Shown one piece after another: positions 55,154 through 56,968 of a stretch of DNA of 56,968 bases. Within the stretch, counting starts at the first letter, position 1, and each line of letters starts with the position of its first letter. A model generated the notes under the pieces. That model had not been told where the DNA came from. It did not search any database and saw only the letters and a program-made list of their open reading frames with translations. Made by a program: the position numbers and the translations under genes. Location of the stretch: IMG/VR virus record IMGVR_UViG_3300049172_000015, positions 1 through 56,968 of that record; one strand, given 5' to 3'. This DNA comes from a virus. Lineage: Duplodnaviria; Caudoviricetes.

Positions 55154-55651
55154 TTAGTCGTGCAGTGCCTCAGGCAGTTGTAGAGCTTGTTTCAGGTTCT
55201 CGTCAGGGAAACCTAGCTCCTCAGGCCAGTCGATAACAAGGTTACCGTCCCGTTTCTCTCGTGGCCTGTAGTACCACCCTTCAGGCCTGTCAGGGTCGTA
55301 ACAGAGGACGATGCCCTCCCTGCGGATCCGCTCTTCCCACACCCGGGCCCGGTGGAGCTGATCTTGACTGAGGGTCTTGTCGCCCAGGCGCCACCTCAGC
55401 CACTCCTTGAGGCGCTTGGCGCTGTACCGGTTGTGGTGTCCCGTACCCCGCAGCGGAGCCCAGATCTTCCATCGCACCGCGAGGTAATCGTTCACCTGTG
55501 CGGATACGGGGCGGACGCGTTCGTGCTTGACCAGCCGCTTGTTCACTGCTTGAGGGGAGGCACCGTACTCAGCGGCGATCTCTGCATCAGTGAGCCCCCG
55601 ATGCCGCATCTTCAACAGCTCGTAGTCCGAAGGCAGCTTACTCACGGGCAT
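55154..55651 (-). CDS. Immunity repressor (L5 gp71-like, stoperator-binding)
   Basis: N-terminal HTH GLTDAEIAAEYGASPQAV; C-terminal VLCYDPD..EGWYY.PRE..DG.LVI. Confidence 0.88.
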   Translation of the reverse strand: MPVSKLPSDYELLKMRHRGLTDAEIAAEYGASPQAVNKRLVKHERVRPVSAQVNDYLAVRWKIWAPLRGTGHHNRYSAKRLKEWLRWRLGDKTLSQDQLHRARVWEERIRREGIVLCYDPDRPEGWYYRPREKRDGNLVIDWPEELGFPDENLKQALQLPEALHD

Positions 55652-55982
55652 GTCATGTCCTTTTCCCTGGGGGGTGCATGAGTGGCCCTCTCCCCCAAGC
55701 CGGCTGACTCGGCGGTAAGGCCACACTATCCAAGAACGAGCTTGGTCAGGTCTCGTTTCAACGTGTGACGTAGGTCTCACGTTGACCCGGATTGTTGCGT
55801 TCCCCTCAGTAACCCCTTGCATACATCTACGCGCCTACCGAGGCCTCACGCCAACCCACTGCACTGACACCCCAGCAGCCACACGAACGCCCTGCATACA
55901 GGCACGCAGGGCCTCCTATCGGGGACTCTAGGGCAGCGGTTAACCCTTGGCCAACGGAGATGTTCAGATCCAGCCATCAGAG

Positions 55983-56060
55983 GTGTGATCTGGGTCTCAC
56001 TTCTTCCTTGGCTGTCACAAACCGCTACCCAGTGACACCGACGTCTATAGTGAAGAGAGA
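55983..56060 (+). promoter_or_regulatory. Conserved ~78-bp element, copy B (CRP-like TGTGA-N6-TCTCA ... TATAGT), upstream of the late operon
   Basis: Imperfect repeat of 29873-29950. Confidence 0.7.
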
Positions 56061-56101
56061 AAAGAAAGTACTTAGTAAGTACCTGGTTCATTAGGAACCA
56101 G

Positions 56102-56132
56102 GTTGACACGAGACCTAGGTACTAGTTACACT
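56102..56132 (+). promoter_or_regulatory. Rightward promoter overlapped by a variant operator
   Basis: TTGACA-N18-TACACT; GTTGACACGAGACC. Confidence 0.6.
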
Positions 56133-56333
56133 AGAATCGAGAGAGTAGTTAGTGAGTCTCCTTGAAGAGACTCGCACTTAGTTTCCTTCTTGTTGATCTC
56201 CCTGTTGAGTAAGTGGCGAGACCTTAAAAGGTCTCGCCTTTTCGTTTCCAGGTCCCAGAGGTCCAAGGAGGTGGTTGGCCCCGGCTGCCAGACAAGAACC
56301 CAGCCGGGGCCCAAGATTTCTTGGGGGTGCACG

Positions 56334-56651
56334 GTGCCTAGAGCCGCATCCATCTGCCTACGAGCCAGATGCACATCCAAGACGTTCCGGGATGGTCGGT
56401 GCAGAGACCACCAGATCCGGAAGCCCTGGCAGAACACTTCTGCCAGGAACCAGAGCCGACCAAGCAACTGGGCTTCCATCAGGGCCCAGGTGTTGGCCCG
56501 GGACAGGTTCACCTGCCAGAGCTGCGGAGCGAGATCCGAGCTGGAGGTTGACCACCTGGTCCCGGTTGCCCGGGGTGGCTCCTGGGAGTTGGACAACCTC
56601 TGGGCGCTATGTGCTCCCTGCCACAAGTCCAAGACGAGGAAGTTCGGCTAA
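56334..56651 (+). CDS. HNH endonuclease (terminase-associated type)
   Basis: W..IR..VLARD.F.CQSCG..EVDH.VP...GG.....NL..LC..CH..KT. Confidence 0.92.
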   Translation: MPRAASICLRARCTSKTFRDGRCRDHQIRKPWQNTSARNQSRPSNWASIRAQVLARDRFTCQSCGARSELEVDHLVPVARGGSWELDNLWALCAPCHKSKTRKFG

Positions 56652-56724
56652 GCAGTAGACCGCGGTTCACAACCTCTGCACGTGGGTCTCGTCCAGTGCA
56701 CGTTTTCAGTCTGGCCGCGGTCGG

Positions 56725-56798
56725 CCCTCGGTAGCTCAGCTGGTCAGAGCGCCGCCCTCATAAGGCGGAGGTCGCTGGTTCAAGTCCAGCCTGCGGGA
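56725..56798 (+). tRNA. tRNA with CAT anticodon (Met or Ile2), CCA not encoded
   Basis: CCCTCGG/CTGCGGG acceptor (one mismatch); CCGCC-CTCATAA-GGCGG; GCTGG-TTCAAGT-CCAGC. Confidence 0.85.
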
Positions 56799-56842
56799 CA
56801 AGCGCGTTCGGTCAGCGCGCAACTACAGAAGTACTGGCCGGC

Positions 56843-56968
56843 TTCCTTGGTAGCTCAACGGTAGAGCGCCCCTACCCGGGTCTTGTAACGGGGAGGTTGC
56901 GGGTTCAAATCCCGTCCAGGGAACCATTTAGCTCTTCGCGCCAATCACAGAACGTGAACGGACACCTT
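56843..56968 (+). repeat. Terminal direct overlap with 10-135
   Basis: Exact 126-bp identity. Confidence 0.95.

Larger units (their letters stand above)
1083..56115. promoter_or_regulatory. Repressor operator/stoperator array, consensus GTTGATTCGAGACC on the sense strand
   Basis: + strand at 1083, 9305, 20576; - strand at 25832, 27379, 28585, 29262, 41649, 42264, 47540, 49464, 49772, 51052, 53455, 53539, 53714; variants at 55749 and 56102. Always oriented with local transcription. Confidence 0.92.

Overview
Apparently complete (~56.8 kb) genome of a temperate Streptomyces siphophage related to the R4-like phages and cluster-A mycobacteriophages. It is assembled as a circle: 10-135 is identical to 56843-56968. 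Rightward late operon: HNH, two tRNAs, TerS, TerL, portal, scaffold, capsid, tail genes with a -1 chaperone frameshift, tape measure, tail fibre with beta-helix and hyaluronidase-like domains, and lysis genes. It is followed by a leftward block of small early genes (23-29 kb), a non-coding region (29.3-30.2 kb), an XRE/DUF397 cassette and a large serine integrase. A long leftward arm carries PolA, ThyX, class II RNR, split primase, helicase, C5 methyltransferase, SsgA-like protein, a Cas4/RecB-like nuclease and an L5 gp71-like repressor. Sixteen perfect 14-bp stoperator sites (GTTGATTCGAGACC) are all oriented with transcription. Most striking: TerL is broken inside its Walker A motif (RAKGWG|KT) by a 7-nt insert that completes a long mRNA hairpin. 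The same operon encodes a tRNA with an anticodon arm 8 nt too long, whose loop is complementary to the exact resumption site. This is a candidate phage tRNA-assisted recoding (bypass) system and is a hypothesis, not a demonstration. All family calls come from motif recognition by eye, not from database searches.
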